From positions 1,550,001 to 1,614,000 of the forward strand of contig OZ024751.1 in assembly GCA_964016885.1 (NCBI GenBank): 64,000 nucleotides of DNA. Reading direction: 5' to 3'. Positions within the stretch are counted from its first letter, which is position 1. Every line of letters begins with the position of its first letter. Under the pieces are notes generated by a model, which worked only from the letters and a program-made list of their open reading frames with translations, was not told where the DNA came from and searched no databases. This DNA comes from Eledone cirrhosa. Its lineage: Eukaryota. The translations under genes and the position numbers were made by a program. Below are positions 1 to 12,231 of this stretch, piece by piece.

Positions 1-105
1 TGTTATGCATCCTTTTCCTATAGCCTTTCTCCTTGGGGTTACTCTTCAGGTAACATTGCATAACAGTTCTATTCAATTCTTTCGTCAAGTTATTATTATT
101 ATTAT

Positions 106-3100
106 TTGCATTTATCTTGCTTTATGTTTATACGAGTTATCACCAAGTCACAACCAGTGACCTCAAGAGACAACAAGGTCCGCCATGTTCAAGAAAGAAC
201 ATACATACTCACACATGCATCTTTAGTGTTTAGACTTGTGATGTACTTATATTGACAGAATCTTCCTTAGTATATGGGCAGTTCCCATTAGTACTATCTT
301 TTGTATTTCTCATATACGCGGGTTTCCTGGGATTTGCGATAAGTAGTCGTTAGACCCCTTAGGTATCATTCCCAGAGCGCCTACAACCACTGGTATTGTT
401 TTAGTTCTCAATTTCCACATTTTTCCAATTTCTATCTCCAGGTCCTTATACTTGCTCAATTTTTCAAATGTTTTTATAGATACATTCTTGTCTATTGGAA
501 CAGACATATCAATTAGCAGGCATACCCTCCTTTGAAAGTCCTTCAATATTATATCAGGTCTATTTGCATCTATTTTTCGGTCTGTTTGGATGCTAAAGTT
601 CCACAAGATTGAGATGTGATCTTTTTCAAGTATGGGAGGTGGTTGATGCTCCCACCAATTCTTTTGATGGGGCAGGTCAAAATGCTTACACATTATCCAA
701 TGTATGTATTGTGCAGCTCTGTCATGCCTGTTTAGGTATTCGGTTGGAGCTATAGGACTGCACATTGAAATTATATGGTCAATGGTCTCTGGTTGTTTTT
801 TGCATACACGGCATAATGGGCTGCACCCATTTTTTATTATGTTGGCTTGGTAATTTTTTGTTGGCAGACACTGATCTTGTGCCGATATAATCAGTCCTTC
901 AGTCTCCGATTTCAGTCCAGAGGATGCCAACCACTGATGGGTTAAAGTTTTGTCAACATCAGGATTATTAGCTCGCTCTGGGTATTTTCCATACAGAGGC
1001 TTTTCTTGCCATTTCTTAGCCAGTTTCTGTAGCAGTTCTTTCTTTGCAGTTACTTTTACCTGCTTTGCTTTTTCTGTGTTTTCCATTTCAGCAGTAAATG
1101 GGACTTCTGAAATTTGTAGTCCATTACTGTATATTTGTGCATCTTTTGTAATGGAATATGATCTTTTGGTGCTTTCGTGTTTCAAAACGAGTTTGATCAT
1201 CCAATCATGTGATTCCCTTAGATATGTGGATAATCCAATTGTTGCAGTTTTCAACGCAATGTCTAACTGGATTAACCCACGTCCTCCTTCTTTCCTAGGG
1301 AGATATATTCTATCTATGTCTGCCTTAGGGTGATGCATTCTGTGCATGGTTAAGAATTTTCGGATTTTTGTATCGAGCCTACGGATCTCTGTGCTTGACC
1401 AGTTGATGACATTGTAACTGTAGGTTACTACTGGTATGGCAAGCGTGTTTATGGCATCGATCCTATTCCTTGCATTCAATTCCGTTCTTAAGATTGCTCT
1501 GACTCTGCGGTAACATTCCTTCCTTATCCTTTCCCTCATTGTCGAGTGCTTGATTCCGTCTCCTTCACAAACACCTAGATATTTGTAAGTTTTTTCTTGA
1601 TCAAGCTCTCTTATCACGTTCCCCCGATCAAGATTAATGTCTGAACTCTTCAGCAGCTTTCCTCTGGTGAACGTTGCTTTGGCGCATTTATCCAGTCCAA
1701 ACTCCATTTTAATGTCATCACTGAACTGCTTCACAGTGGATAATAGCCCTTGCAATTGTTCATCATTTTTTGCAAATAGTTTCAGGTCATCCATGTAGAA
1801 CAGGTGATAATGGTTTTGTCATAGACTCTATATCCATGTTTTGTTTCATTGAGCATTTTACTTAATGGTATAAGTGCGATGCAGAATAAAAGCGGTGATA
1901 AAGAGTCACCCTAAAAAATTCCACAATTAATGTTAACTTCTCCAGCTTCCAGTGATTTTGTTTCACTATTCAAAAGGAGTGTCGTTCTCCATGTCCTCAT
2001 ACTGAATGACAAAAACCTCCTGACAACGGGGGATATTTTGAAAATCTCTAAACATTTTTCAATCCAACTGTGTGGCAAACTATCGAATGCTTTTTTATAA
2101 TCTATCCAAGCAATCGATAGATTTTTGTGTCTATTATGACAATCTTCCAGTATCATTTTGTTAACCAGAAGCTGATCCTTACAGCCATATGAGCCTCGTT
2201 TACACCCTTTCTGCTCAATGGGAAATAGGTCATTTGTTATCAGGTGGTCATATGTGTATTCAGTTAGGACTGATGTTAACATTTTATACATTGTGGTCAA
2301 GCAGGTTATCGGTCTGTAATTTTTGGGATTGTTTGTCTCATCATTCTTCGGTAGCAGGAATGTAATGCCGTTAACTAGCCATGATGGTATCTTTTCTGGC
2401 TCCTTAACTATTTCATTGTAAAGTTGGGCTAACAGCTCATGAGACTCTGTGAAGGCATTTATCCAAAATGATTTCTTGTGGGAATTCCTTTGTTTTTTCA
2501 TCTACACTCCACATAAGTGAGTGGTGACTTTAGCCGATGCATAATAGAGATGATTTAAGTCAGTAATGTTTAGTTTGTTTGTGATGATAATGTTTTTGAG
2601 AATTATGTTAGTCTTGTGTATTATCTTTTGGTTCTGTTTGGAGTTCTGGATCTTAGGGGGGGTGTCTCGTTGCCCCATGTCAGATTCTTTCATTTTCATC
2701 CATTCGATCATAATTTCATCCTTCAAGTTGGCAAGTTCATTCTCATTCATTTCTTTATCATCTACGATCTCATTATTTTCATTTGGAGTTTCATCCTGAG
2801 CATGCACTCCCTCCACTTTTTCGCTCCTTTCTTTAATTTGTTCTGTTGCCAGTGATTCCGCCCCTGGGATTCGAAGTGTTACAGTTTACCTCGTTTTCAC
2901 TGACACATGCTTCATTTTCCCTTCGCTGACTTTGTGCTACTAGCTTGATCTGATCAATTTCTATATCAGTTAGTAACTTTTTTCTTACAATATTTCTTCG
3001 TATATTGGCTAGTTTGTTACTGTCAATATAGCCTCTGTTTTCGGGATGTTTCTTTTTCCAGTTGATATATGTTTGTTCTGTATTCGATTTATTTGATGGG

Positions 3101-3524
3101 TAGTACATGGCAGTGTAGAAAGCCTCAAGGACTTCTTTATTATCTTCCCTTGACCATTTTTCTCTCTTTTTCTTTGGATTTCTTGGTGGTGAGCATGGAG
3201 GGCCAACAGTAGGAGTATTCCGGTTATGGGAGGTCTCCAGCTCCGAAGTGATGGGAAGGTTTGAACCATTAGCTGATTTTTCGACCCCAGTCTGGTTCCT
3301 CTCTGAAGGACGCGGCCCTTTTTTACCCGGGTGACGGCCGATCCGGTATGAGATTTTATCATTAGACATTTACTTTATTTTGTCGCGTTTTATCCTTATC
3401 CGCCAAGGGGTAATCATTTCGTGTTACCACTTCTAGAACGAGTGTCAACCAAGACTAGAGGGTTCGTTCTCCCCTAGAGACATGGCTATTCCCCGCCGGC
3501 CGCCATCCCGGTATTTTTTGGTCA

Positions 3525-3525
<1 letters not shown>
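106..3525 (-). mobile_element. R4/Dong-clade RLE non-LTR retrotransposon with both ends present, frameshifted and internally deleted, inserted in (TAA)n
   Basis: ORF pieces 2833-3369 (N-terminus, KWSREDNKEVLEAFY), 1911-2501 (RT: NYRPITCL, WIDYKKAFDS) and 310-1794 (YMDDLKL, CCHC knuckle CRVC..H..C, RHD, RPDI nuclease motif). (TTA)n at both junctions (~90-105 and 3526-3560). Confidence 0.9.
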
Positions 3526-3561
<36 letters not shown>

Positions 3562-3564
3562 GCT

Positions 3565-4097
3565 GTTGCTATTCCTTGAATCTCAGTCATTGATGTTGGT
3601 TAACTGGAAAGTCCGTTGGATTGAATATCAAGCCACTACCTGCAGCCTCAGATATTCAGGACGTATCGGAGGGTTCTTGCTGTTCCAAGCAAGCATGCCT
3701 TTGCTCTGATTGACTTTTTCAAATTTCATTTGAAAAGGAAAATCAGAGTAGAGAGGGAAGTGCTCTCTTCCCAGCATTTTGTTGAAAGATGGGTGAGAGA
3801 AGCAAGAATGGCCCGAGTGAATGGGCCTACTCTGAGCATATATCTGTAAATTAAAGGTGGAAAACTGGGAGAGGGCACTTGCCTTGGTGGTCAGGGTCAT
3901 TGTGGCTTTTTACTGGGCTTTCTCCACAAATGTCCCTCCGAAGTCTCCCCCCTATTGGGGAATTTTTCATTGTTATTTTTTGTTACATCCTCTGTTTTTG
4001 TTTTTTACACGCAGAAATGCCCATTTGTACCGTCCTGCATTGTCCTGCACTGTCCTTAATGTCTACTTTATGTAAACCCTTGTGGTTAATAAAGAAA

Positions 4098-4140
<43 letters not shown>
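3565..4140 (+). mobile_element. 3' fragment of an L1/Tx1-like LINE ending in (TTA)n
   Basis: Degenerate C-terminus KRKIRVEREVLSSQHFVERWV. Ends ATAAAGAAATCA-(TTA)n, like the terminus at ~35200-35225. Confidence 0.5.
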
Positions 4141-4153
<13 letters not shown>

Positions 4154-4317
4154 TAGTTAAAGCTTATTCAGGAACAAAAACAGAGGCAGTACAAATAAGA
4201 GTTTATTAGGTTCACGCTTGTGAGAGTGGGGGTGGGTGTGGGGATATATATATGTGTGTGTATATATATATATATATATGTCTATTGTGTGTGCACGTGT
4301 ATATATATGTGCGTATT

Positions 4318-4363
<46 letters not shown>

Positions 4364-4623
4364 TATATGTGTATGTGCTTGTACGTGTGCGTGGCAGTGA
4401 GGGCATTTGTGTGTGTGTGAGTGTATTTTGTAGGCACCTGATCATTTGCCATTGCTAGCTTTAGTGATCTTAAAAATCAGTGTGAACTTGTCTATAGAAT
4501 TATTTCTGCCTTTGTTACTCTAAATTCTTTAAACCCATCAACCAATGACCTCCACCCATCCCAATCACCACCTTCTCCTACCACCAGAAAATATATAAAT
4601 ACCACCATATTACTTGGAGAGTC

Positions 4624-4674
4624 GGCTTCCTGATGATTTCTCCTGAATGAAACAGTTTTAGTCCTATAGAAGCC
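4624..4674 (+). ncRNA. Type I hammerhead ribozyme motif, slightly degenerate
   Basis: GGCTTC-CTGATGA-tTTC(tcct)GAAt-GAAACAG..CTATA-GAAGCC. Stem I is 6 bp. A partial homologue on the minus strand at ~53552-53580 has the intact CTGTA (GUA) site. Confidence 0.6.
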
Positions 4675-4756
4675 ATTTCTATATTAAATATTTATACTCT
4701 GCTTTGTATTGAGTACCTTACTTACTGTGGTTACCCCCGATTGAACTCGGGATAAA

Positions 4757-4809
<53 letters not shown>

Positions 4810-6739
4810 GTGCATGTGCGTATATGTAGTGTGTCTGTTTTTGCCGGTGTAAATCGGTGTGAATTGCTTTTCTTTTGGTATTTGCACCATTTAACTCCTG
4901 TATGTGTAGTAAGAAATGTGAAGAGGTGGGCTTCCAGTGAGTCGAGATTTACAATCTGTTTTCAATTTCCGACTAAGGAAACTGTTAAACAATTTTATTT
5001 TATCCCCGCTCCACTCTAAATCCGATATGATTAAGTCGAATTGAAGAAATCAATAACTATGCTACTGATTTATACTAAACTGATAGGTTTCTTTGATCAT
5101 CAGCTTTCTCAGATCACCTAGTTTCCGTGATCAGTGGATTCCTGGAATTTATGGTTTCCGAAACTTATTAGATTCTATACAGAAATTCGCGAGAGTTGAC
5201 CTTTAACATACAAACAATGCCGACATTATTCTTTTGACCAAATATATCATCAATCTTTCGTTTATACCGAGTCTTTATTAAGCATTAATGTTTTGAACGT
5301 CTTATTTTTATTAATAAATTTCCGCTCATAATTTTTATTCAATTCTTCAAATGGCAAAAACCGGAAGCGCACCAGCAAGTGACCGGAAACAACTCCATAA
5401 GATTCTGGCTGGTTATAGTGCAGTCGAAATATTCTTTCCGATATCTATTTATTTTTGACCGGGAATAGACTCAATGTCTGGTGTTATTTAAGTTTATTTA
5501 GTTCTGTCAAAGAAGAAATATAACATTTAAGGTAATCGTCTGACTGTCAGTAAAATATTAATCCATAAGATAGCTTGTGGTAGAGCTCGATAAGTTCAGT
5601 TGTTGTAAGGAATAAAGAATATAATGTTTCGGAACGTTGCCTTCCGTCTGAGAATAGAGGAAGATAAAAAAGTGACGTACATTGTATAATGGATTCCTAA
5701 ATACACTATATCTGAATAATGACGACAATGAGAGTATAATTAGATCTGGGATCATGGATCTGTTAAAACACAACGCAAATAACTTGGGTGGAAGACTTAA
5801 TCCATCACCTGATTTAATACCACCTTGGATACTTTTAGTAGAATTCACTTTATTACAAAAACTGGGGCTCCTTTTTCCTCTCTGACTAAGTGATAACAAT
5901 AGCTATGGGGGAAGAGAAGGTGGTTAGCTAGAACGCGATGTTCTTAACATTCGAACCCGTAACTATAACATCGCTTTCTAGCTAACCACCTTCTCTTGCC
6001 CCACACTACAAGACAATACACTGCTTATCACTATAAATGGTAACTCAGTGCAATTCGCAGATTACTACTACGAACCCAAAGTTCACTCACCACATAGACT
6101 TCGTCTGTCCCCTCTCTATCTCTCTCTCTCTCTACATCCATTACACTCTCTCTCGCCTTTGGCCTCCCTCCCTCCCTCTCCACATCTATGAACCTGCCCT
6201 CTGGGGCAATAAATAATTCCGACCATAACTATCAACGCATCTCTCCAAAAGTAACAGTATAATAAAAAACCCCTACCATAACATTTTGATTAAGATATCT
6301 ACAAACCACTCTCTCCTATTTCTCCAACCCCTGCATATCTTTTCTCTCTTTCCTTCTCCCCTACTTTTCTCTCTTCCTTTTCTACTCTATCTTCTCCAAC
6401 AACCCCACTTAAGGGTATTTACATTGTACATTTTAACCATTCTGCTGCTGAGGATACAGTGGTCACAGCATTGGATATTTGAGTTCTGCAAATAGTTGTA
6501 AATTTGCACATAGCATAACTAGGCTGTAGTACCACCGTGGAAACATTTGTAAGCACACGGAATAAATTACCTTTTTATGATGTCTACCTGTTATTATTCA
6601 TTCTTTATATACACTCCGGAATACAGAAGGATCAAGAACTAAGTTTCTTCAACAATTCTTCCATAACTCGTAGAGTAACCTCTCACCGTACGTCAACCAT
6701 ATCCAGTGTAGTAATTAACAATTACTACATCTAGGATAA

Positions 6740-7258
6740 TCCTATACCTAATATATATTATATATATATATATATATTATATATATATATATTATATATA
6801 TATATATATAAGAGGGTGTTGTTTGAAGCATTGTGTAAAGCGTAGAAAATAGTGTTTTATATTAAGGCTACCACTATGTTAATTGGGCAGTAAATGTTTA
6901 AAATAAGCACAGCAAATCACGTTATATATATATGTATAATATACTATTATATATATCTACTCTATACACTATATAATTATAAACATATCTGTTGTCATAT
7001 TTTAAACATTTACTGCCCCAATTAACATAGTGGTAGCCTTAATATAAAACACTATTTTCCTACGCTTTACACAATGCTTCAAACAACACCTCAATTCTCA
7101 TCTATATATATATATATATATTAATATATACTATAATCTATATATATATACTATATATATATTAGGATATAGGATTACCTAATAATATATCTATAATATA
7201 TAATATATATATATATACTATATATATATATATATATATATAATCATATATACTATAT

Positions 7259-7294
<36 letters not shown>

Positions 7295-7317
7295 AATATA
7301 TATATATACTATATAAT

Positions 7318-7348
<31 letters not shown>

Positions 7349-7440
7349 TATATATATTTATATATATATATCTATATCTATATATACTATATATATATAT
7401 ATAATATATATCTATATATATTAGGATAATCCTAATCCAC

Positions 7441-7477
<37 letters not shown>

Positions 7478-7600
7478 TATATACTATATATATATATATA
7501 TAAGAGGGTGTTGTTTGAAGCATTGTGTAAAGCGTAGAAATAGTGTTTTATATTAAGGCTACACACTATGTTAATTGGGCCAGTAAATGTTTAAAATAAT
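6740..7600. repeat. (TA)n-rich block with three copies of a ~95 bp unit (6812-6906 +, ~6998-7092 -, 7503-7598 +)
   Basis: Unit GGTGTTGTTTGAAGCATTGTGTAAAGCGTAG...AAATGTTTAAAATA in direct and inverted orientation. Confidence 0.85.
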
Positions 7601-7820
7601 CAATTGGTTATTGTTGGATCATTGCTGAAAACTTCGTTTTAAGTGTATTACATCGCCCCAGCTTTGAATTACCTTTAACAAACTCTTCTCTTTCGCAATC
7701 AATGAAACCCAATCTTCGAGCTGAGGATAATCTCCTCTTATCGTCCCATCAACCTAGAAGTTCATGAAAACGATCAAAGATCACAGTTTATGCTGGTTCT
7801 CCTCTGTGTATGTGAGCAAA

Positions 7821-7855
<35 letters not shown>

Positions 7856-8987
7856 ACAAATAAAAGAAAGCAAATCAGCGTGGCAAAAACCTTTCCAGGA
7901 TCCTTTTGAAACACTCGTAAATTATTCAGTGTTCCCACTAATTACAATTATAGACCGCAACTACTCAACTACTTCGGTATCTATTTACATCGAAATGATC
8001 ACAAACAGCTGTGATTCTCATTAATACTTTAATATTTTACAGGGATACTTTATCTAAACAGATTTATTATTCCACTAATAGTTCACAAAAACCGCCATGT
8101 TTTTTCTTCTTTATCTTATACTCCCGCTGATGACGAACACGTATAGCTAAGTTTCATTAATTATTTATTAATTTCGAGCATATTTAAAAAGAAAAATCGA
8201 GAAAAGTGATTGATTAATAAATTTTTATTATATTACCATTATAATATTAGCATTATTATATTAACGATGATAATAATAATTCTAAAAAAAGGGTCTCATT
8301 AATACCCTTTATTAAATATTCAGACAATATAGTTATTTTTTCTTCTTCAAAACAGACGACCAGTGATTGAATTACAATCTTCCCCCTTTATAAGTACTCA
8401 GATTCTTTCACACAACAACAAAGAATAAATAAAGAAATACTATTTATTAACAGATTTAAACCAAAATTAAATATGTAATCACCGCTATTAGATTCTCTCT
8501 CTCACTCTCTCTCTCACACACTCTCTCTCTCTCACACACACACGCGCGTGCGCGCACACACGCACACCACGAAATAAAGAGGAAATTGTTCATACACATA
8601 TTTTCAAAAAATTCCTGATCGAAGCCATCACTGATCCTTTGCACAGACACACCGCACTTCAAAAACAAACAAATATATATATCGTTTCTACTTTTGGCAC
8701 AAGGCCAGCAATTACCCAATGCATTACTGGTACTTTTTTGTTCTTTTTATTCTTTTTAATTCTTTTTAATTGTAATACATTTGATAAGATGGATTCGACT
8801 GATACAACGAAACCGGTTATATTTTATATATGTTATATACATTATAAAACTCTCTTTTCAAAGAATTGTTCCTCTCATTTTTTCAATAATGTTACTTTGA
8901 CGAATCAAAGAAGAAAAACAGAAAAACAGATCCTTAAATATATTTTCCGTGCTATTTCCAATTCCACCGTTTCTCTCTCTCTCTCTT

Positions 8988-9082
<95 letters not shown>

Positions 9083-9089
9083 AAGAATC

Positions 9090-11090
9090 AAAAAGAACAG
9101 AAAGATGCAGTAAAAGAGATTTATTCGGTTCTAACGTACGTTTCAATAGACATCAATTTGCCTAGATCTCGCTGAATCTATAATATTATATAGTTAGTAG
9201 AGCATTCGACATCCAATGCACAATCGATTCCATATCATCAGAGATTATGTTTACCGTACCAGAATGTTCAGGTTTTTATAGGAATTCATGTGAAGTTGAA
9301 GTAGAGAAGAAGGAGGATGTGACAAAGACGAGAGAGATAGGGGTTTTTTTCATGGTTGTTGAGGTAAAACAGAGGGGAGGATAAAATACGATAATGAAAT
9401 CTAGATATGGACTAGTCCAACTGTGTGTGCTAGGGAGATGGTAGACGTTGATAGGTTTATGATCTATGATAGATGGAGGCAGGGGAGATTAGGCCGAGTG
9501 AGTTGTAAAGTATGTAGGAGGAGATGTTGAATAGGGGAGATGTGGTCAATAGAAGGCATAGCAATAATCCATGGGGACAGATAGAGGAGGTAGAAGGAAG
9601 ATAGAGGAAAGCAGAAGTCGCAGGATCAAATCAAGCCAGGTTTGTATTTCGAGAACGTAGCCTTGAGTCTGTGATTGCAATATAGAGTCCTTTCCGTTCT
9701 GTTGTTGAGAAGAGTATAATTCGATTTTAGTATGTAAAATAGCTCCATATTGCATAATCGGCAGTAAGGCTGGCCTGCACGATATGCAGAAGCACTAGAG
9801 AGTTTTGTCCATTTCAAAGTGTATTGCAGGTTACTTTCGCGCAACTGCCAAATTGTATTGGCTAAGGTAGTTACGGAACGGTATTTGATGTTCTTCATCG
9901 AACTACGGTGTTGGTACCAACGAGATTTAAAAGTGGTAGAGGTACAGCCGATATAGTGCCATCTCCGGTTATCCGATTCAACGGTGCATTGATACACCAT
10001 ATTGGATTCCATGCATTTGTTATTCAGAGGGCAACGATCAGGTAGGTTGCAGTTGCACTTATCAGCTCTTGTAGTATTATTATCTTGTACAGGTTGCGTT
10101 AGGTTTATATGTGTGTCTGCTGCAGGAGGGTTTACATTCAGTAGTTGAGAGTTTGAGGAAGTGTTAATGTAGTTTGGGGTGCTTCGTGTGGATGTGCTGA
10201 CTAATCGTTTGGAGTTAAGTTTTTTAATAATTAGATCGAGATTGGGTGCTGTAGAATATGAAAGCTTAATGGACCTTAGATTTAGTATTTTAGCGTATCG
10301 ATGTGCAGGAGGAAAATGTGTTTTGATTAAATTGAAGAAAAGTGAAGACATTTTAGGAGATGTTGAGGCATTGTATATTGGGTTGTACCAAAGGTAGCTA
10401 GGATTCCGCTTTCTAGCTAGGTTGGGTTGTGTGCTTCTATTTCGACTATGCCTGTGCGGAAAGTGTATGTTGTGTATCGTACCTATATTATTGTTTATGC
10501 TAGTGCGTTGTGAGCCCTTATTTCTATCTTGGTGTGCTGGATCTATGTACTCTATTTTGTGTTGGTATCCAGCCGCCTTAAGCGCGTTGTTATAGTAGTA
10601 AGCGTGCTCACTAAAGACCTGGGGGGTAGATGACAGGCGTGATATTCTAAGGGAGATGGCCCGAGGGATAGACCGTATAACTGAGGGTGGATGATTAGAT
10701 TTATGGTCAACATACATAATATTTTCATTAGATTTATGGAATGGGCGGATTTCCCCTGTCTCTAGATTAAATGTTACATCCAAGAAATTTGTTTCAGTCA
10801 GGTTGTACTCAAAAGTAATGCTAAAACCAAGACTGTTTAAAAATTCGCTAACTTGCTTACGTAATCTTTCTATTTTCTGGTTGTTTAGGTGTTTAGCTAA
10901 AAGGAGCGCATCGTCGCGGTAGATTCCCCCTTGTAGATTGCGGAATTTTTTCTCTAGTGCTTGAGCGATGAAGATGCCCACTACGTCTGTAACTTCGGCC
11001 GAATCGTTTGAGCCCATCGTGATATCAAAGAAAGATGGCCGATCTTTGCGCACCCAGTAGCTATCATCGAACTTAATTATGGTTTTTTCT
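9090..11090 (-). mobile_element. Penelope-like element, 5'-truncated, with 3' UTR/pLTR
   Basis: ORF 9626-11053: RT motifs TMGS, YRDD, FLDV, SNHPP, a Cys-rich CNC..CPL..C segment and a GIY-YIG nuclease (MVYQC..HYIG). Confidence 0.92.
9130..9244 (-). ncRNA. Type I hammerhead ribozyme with long stem II, in the 3' region of the adjacent PLE
   Basis: Minus strand: TCT-CTGATGA-tATGGA-ATCGATT...AATTGAT-g-TCTATt-GAAACGTACG-TT-AGA. Palindromic stem III (AACGTACGTT), GUU site. Confidence 0.65.
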
Positions 11091-11099
11091 GGCCTATGT

Positions 11100-12230
11100 G
11101 TATGCTTGTGTGTATGTGTATGCTTGTGTGTATGTGTGTGCGCCTATGTGGAGTCTCTTTCTCTTAATTTTGAGTTTATTTTTCACTGACCAACTTCATG
11201 GTGGCAAGCTTGTGAAAAAAGGGGTGGGTGGGGGTATCTTTTATGCAATCGTTCGTCCTTGGAATCATGAGAATGTTGTACAGATTTTGAAGGTTCCAGA
11301 TATGGTGGTCTTTTGTAGTTTAGGAATTAAGGAGCTACGTTCTTTCTTCACAAATGACGTTCTTTCAATCTGCCTAGGCAGATTGGTATATAACCTGAAG
11401 CTTCAATAGCTATAGATATGACATTAAATGGGTGCTTGATTTGCTTGCAAACTCTACATAAATGGTCCGTAGGTATCCTTCTTCTGTTGTATTTTTCTTA
11501 CTACATTAACATCAAGTGGAAAGCTGATTTCTACAGCAGAGCATGTTTTCAATGTGTAGCCCCAAACACCAATATCAGGCTGGTTGTTTTAATTTGGTGG
11601 CAGTTTTATTAATTTTTAGCTTCTACCAGTATTCTGACTCAACGTATTCCTCCCTTTTTGTTGTTATTTTCGTCATCAGTAGAACATTTCAGATTGGCTA
11701 CCATATAGGCAGGGATTTAGAACTTGGGAGGAGGGGTGGGGCAAGGCATTTCAGTTTTTCTTTTGTGTGGGGGGTGGGGGCTCATATATAAAACGATTAG
11801 AATATACAGCAAACACACCAATTTTACATTTCAAAGTCAGTTTGGTGCAAGTAATTGGAATTGAAAAGTTATACATACAGGTATTAAATAAAAAAAAAAT
11901 TGAACCAACCTAAAACTAAAACGCCTAGCAGAGGACACAAATAAATTGCTACGGTGGTCACTAGTTGTGCCCCCTCCCCCATTGCAGGGCGCCCAGGGCA
12001 ATTGTCCCATTAAATCTGGCCCTGCATATAGGGATGTAGTAATGTAGAAACATTTTTTCAATTAGTAATAATCTGGATAACTTCTTCGGTCTTTGTTTTG
12101 CATAGCCTACATTTATTATCGACTGGTGACTTTCCACTTTTGTGCAGCAGGTACGTGGGCTTCTTCTTCCTGGATTGAATGGAGGTATCCTTCAAGGTGT
12201 GATGTTATGATCCTAGCAGAACTCCATCTA
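11100..12230 (-). mobile_element. Degenerate 3' fragment of a third R4-like RLE retrotransposon family, interrupted by a MITE
   Basis: Minus-strand remnants ITSHLEGYLHSIQEEE, DNKCRLCK, NQPDIGVW, EISFPLDVN and LIPKLQKTTISGTFKIC align with the C-terminus of ORF 16408-18675. Confidence 0.75.
11710..12024. mobile_element. hAT-type MITE (315 bp)
   Basis: Imperfect TIRs CAGGG..ATTTA / TAAAT..CCCTG. Perfect 8-bp TSD CATATAGG at 11702-11709 and 12025-12032. Confidence 0.85.
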
Positions 12231-12231
12231 T

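Noticed and set aside
3370-3525. HDV-like ribozyme at the 5' end of the Dong-like element
   Set aside because: Hairpins exist (AGAACGA/TCGTTCT), but I could not build P3/L3/P1.1 or the catalytic junction.
4850-5890. Highly decayed PLE-like coding remnant (similar traces at 7600-7780 and 55500-55850)
   Set aside because: Motifs are too eroded to call without a profile search.
8126-8160. CTGATGA motif
   Set aside because: No downstream GAAA or cleavage triplet in a valid geometry.
11660-11682. Minus-strand CTGATGA-C-GAAA
   Set aside because: No stem II, no stems I or III, and it lies within decayed R4 coding sequence.
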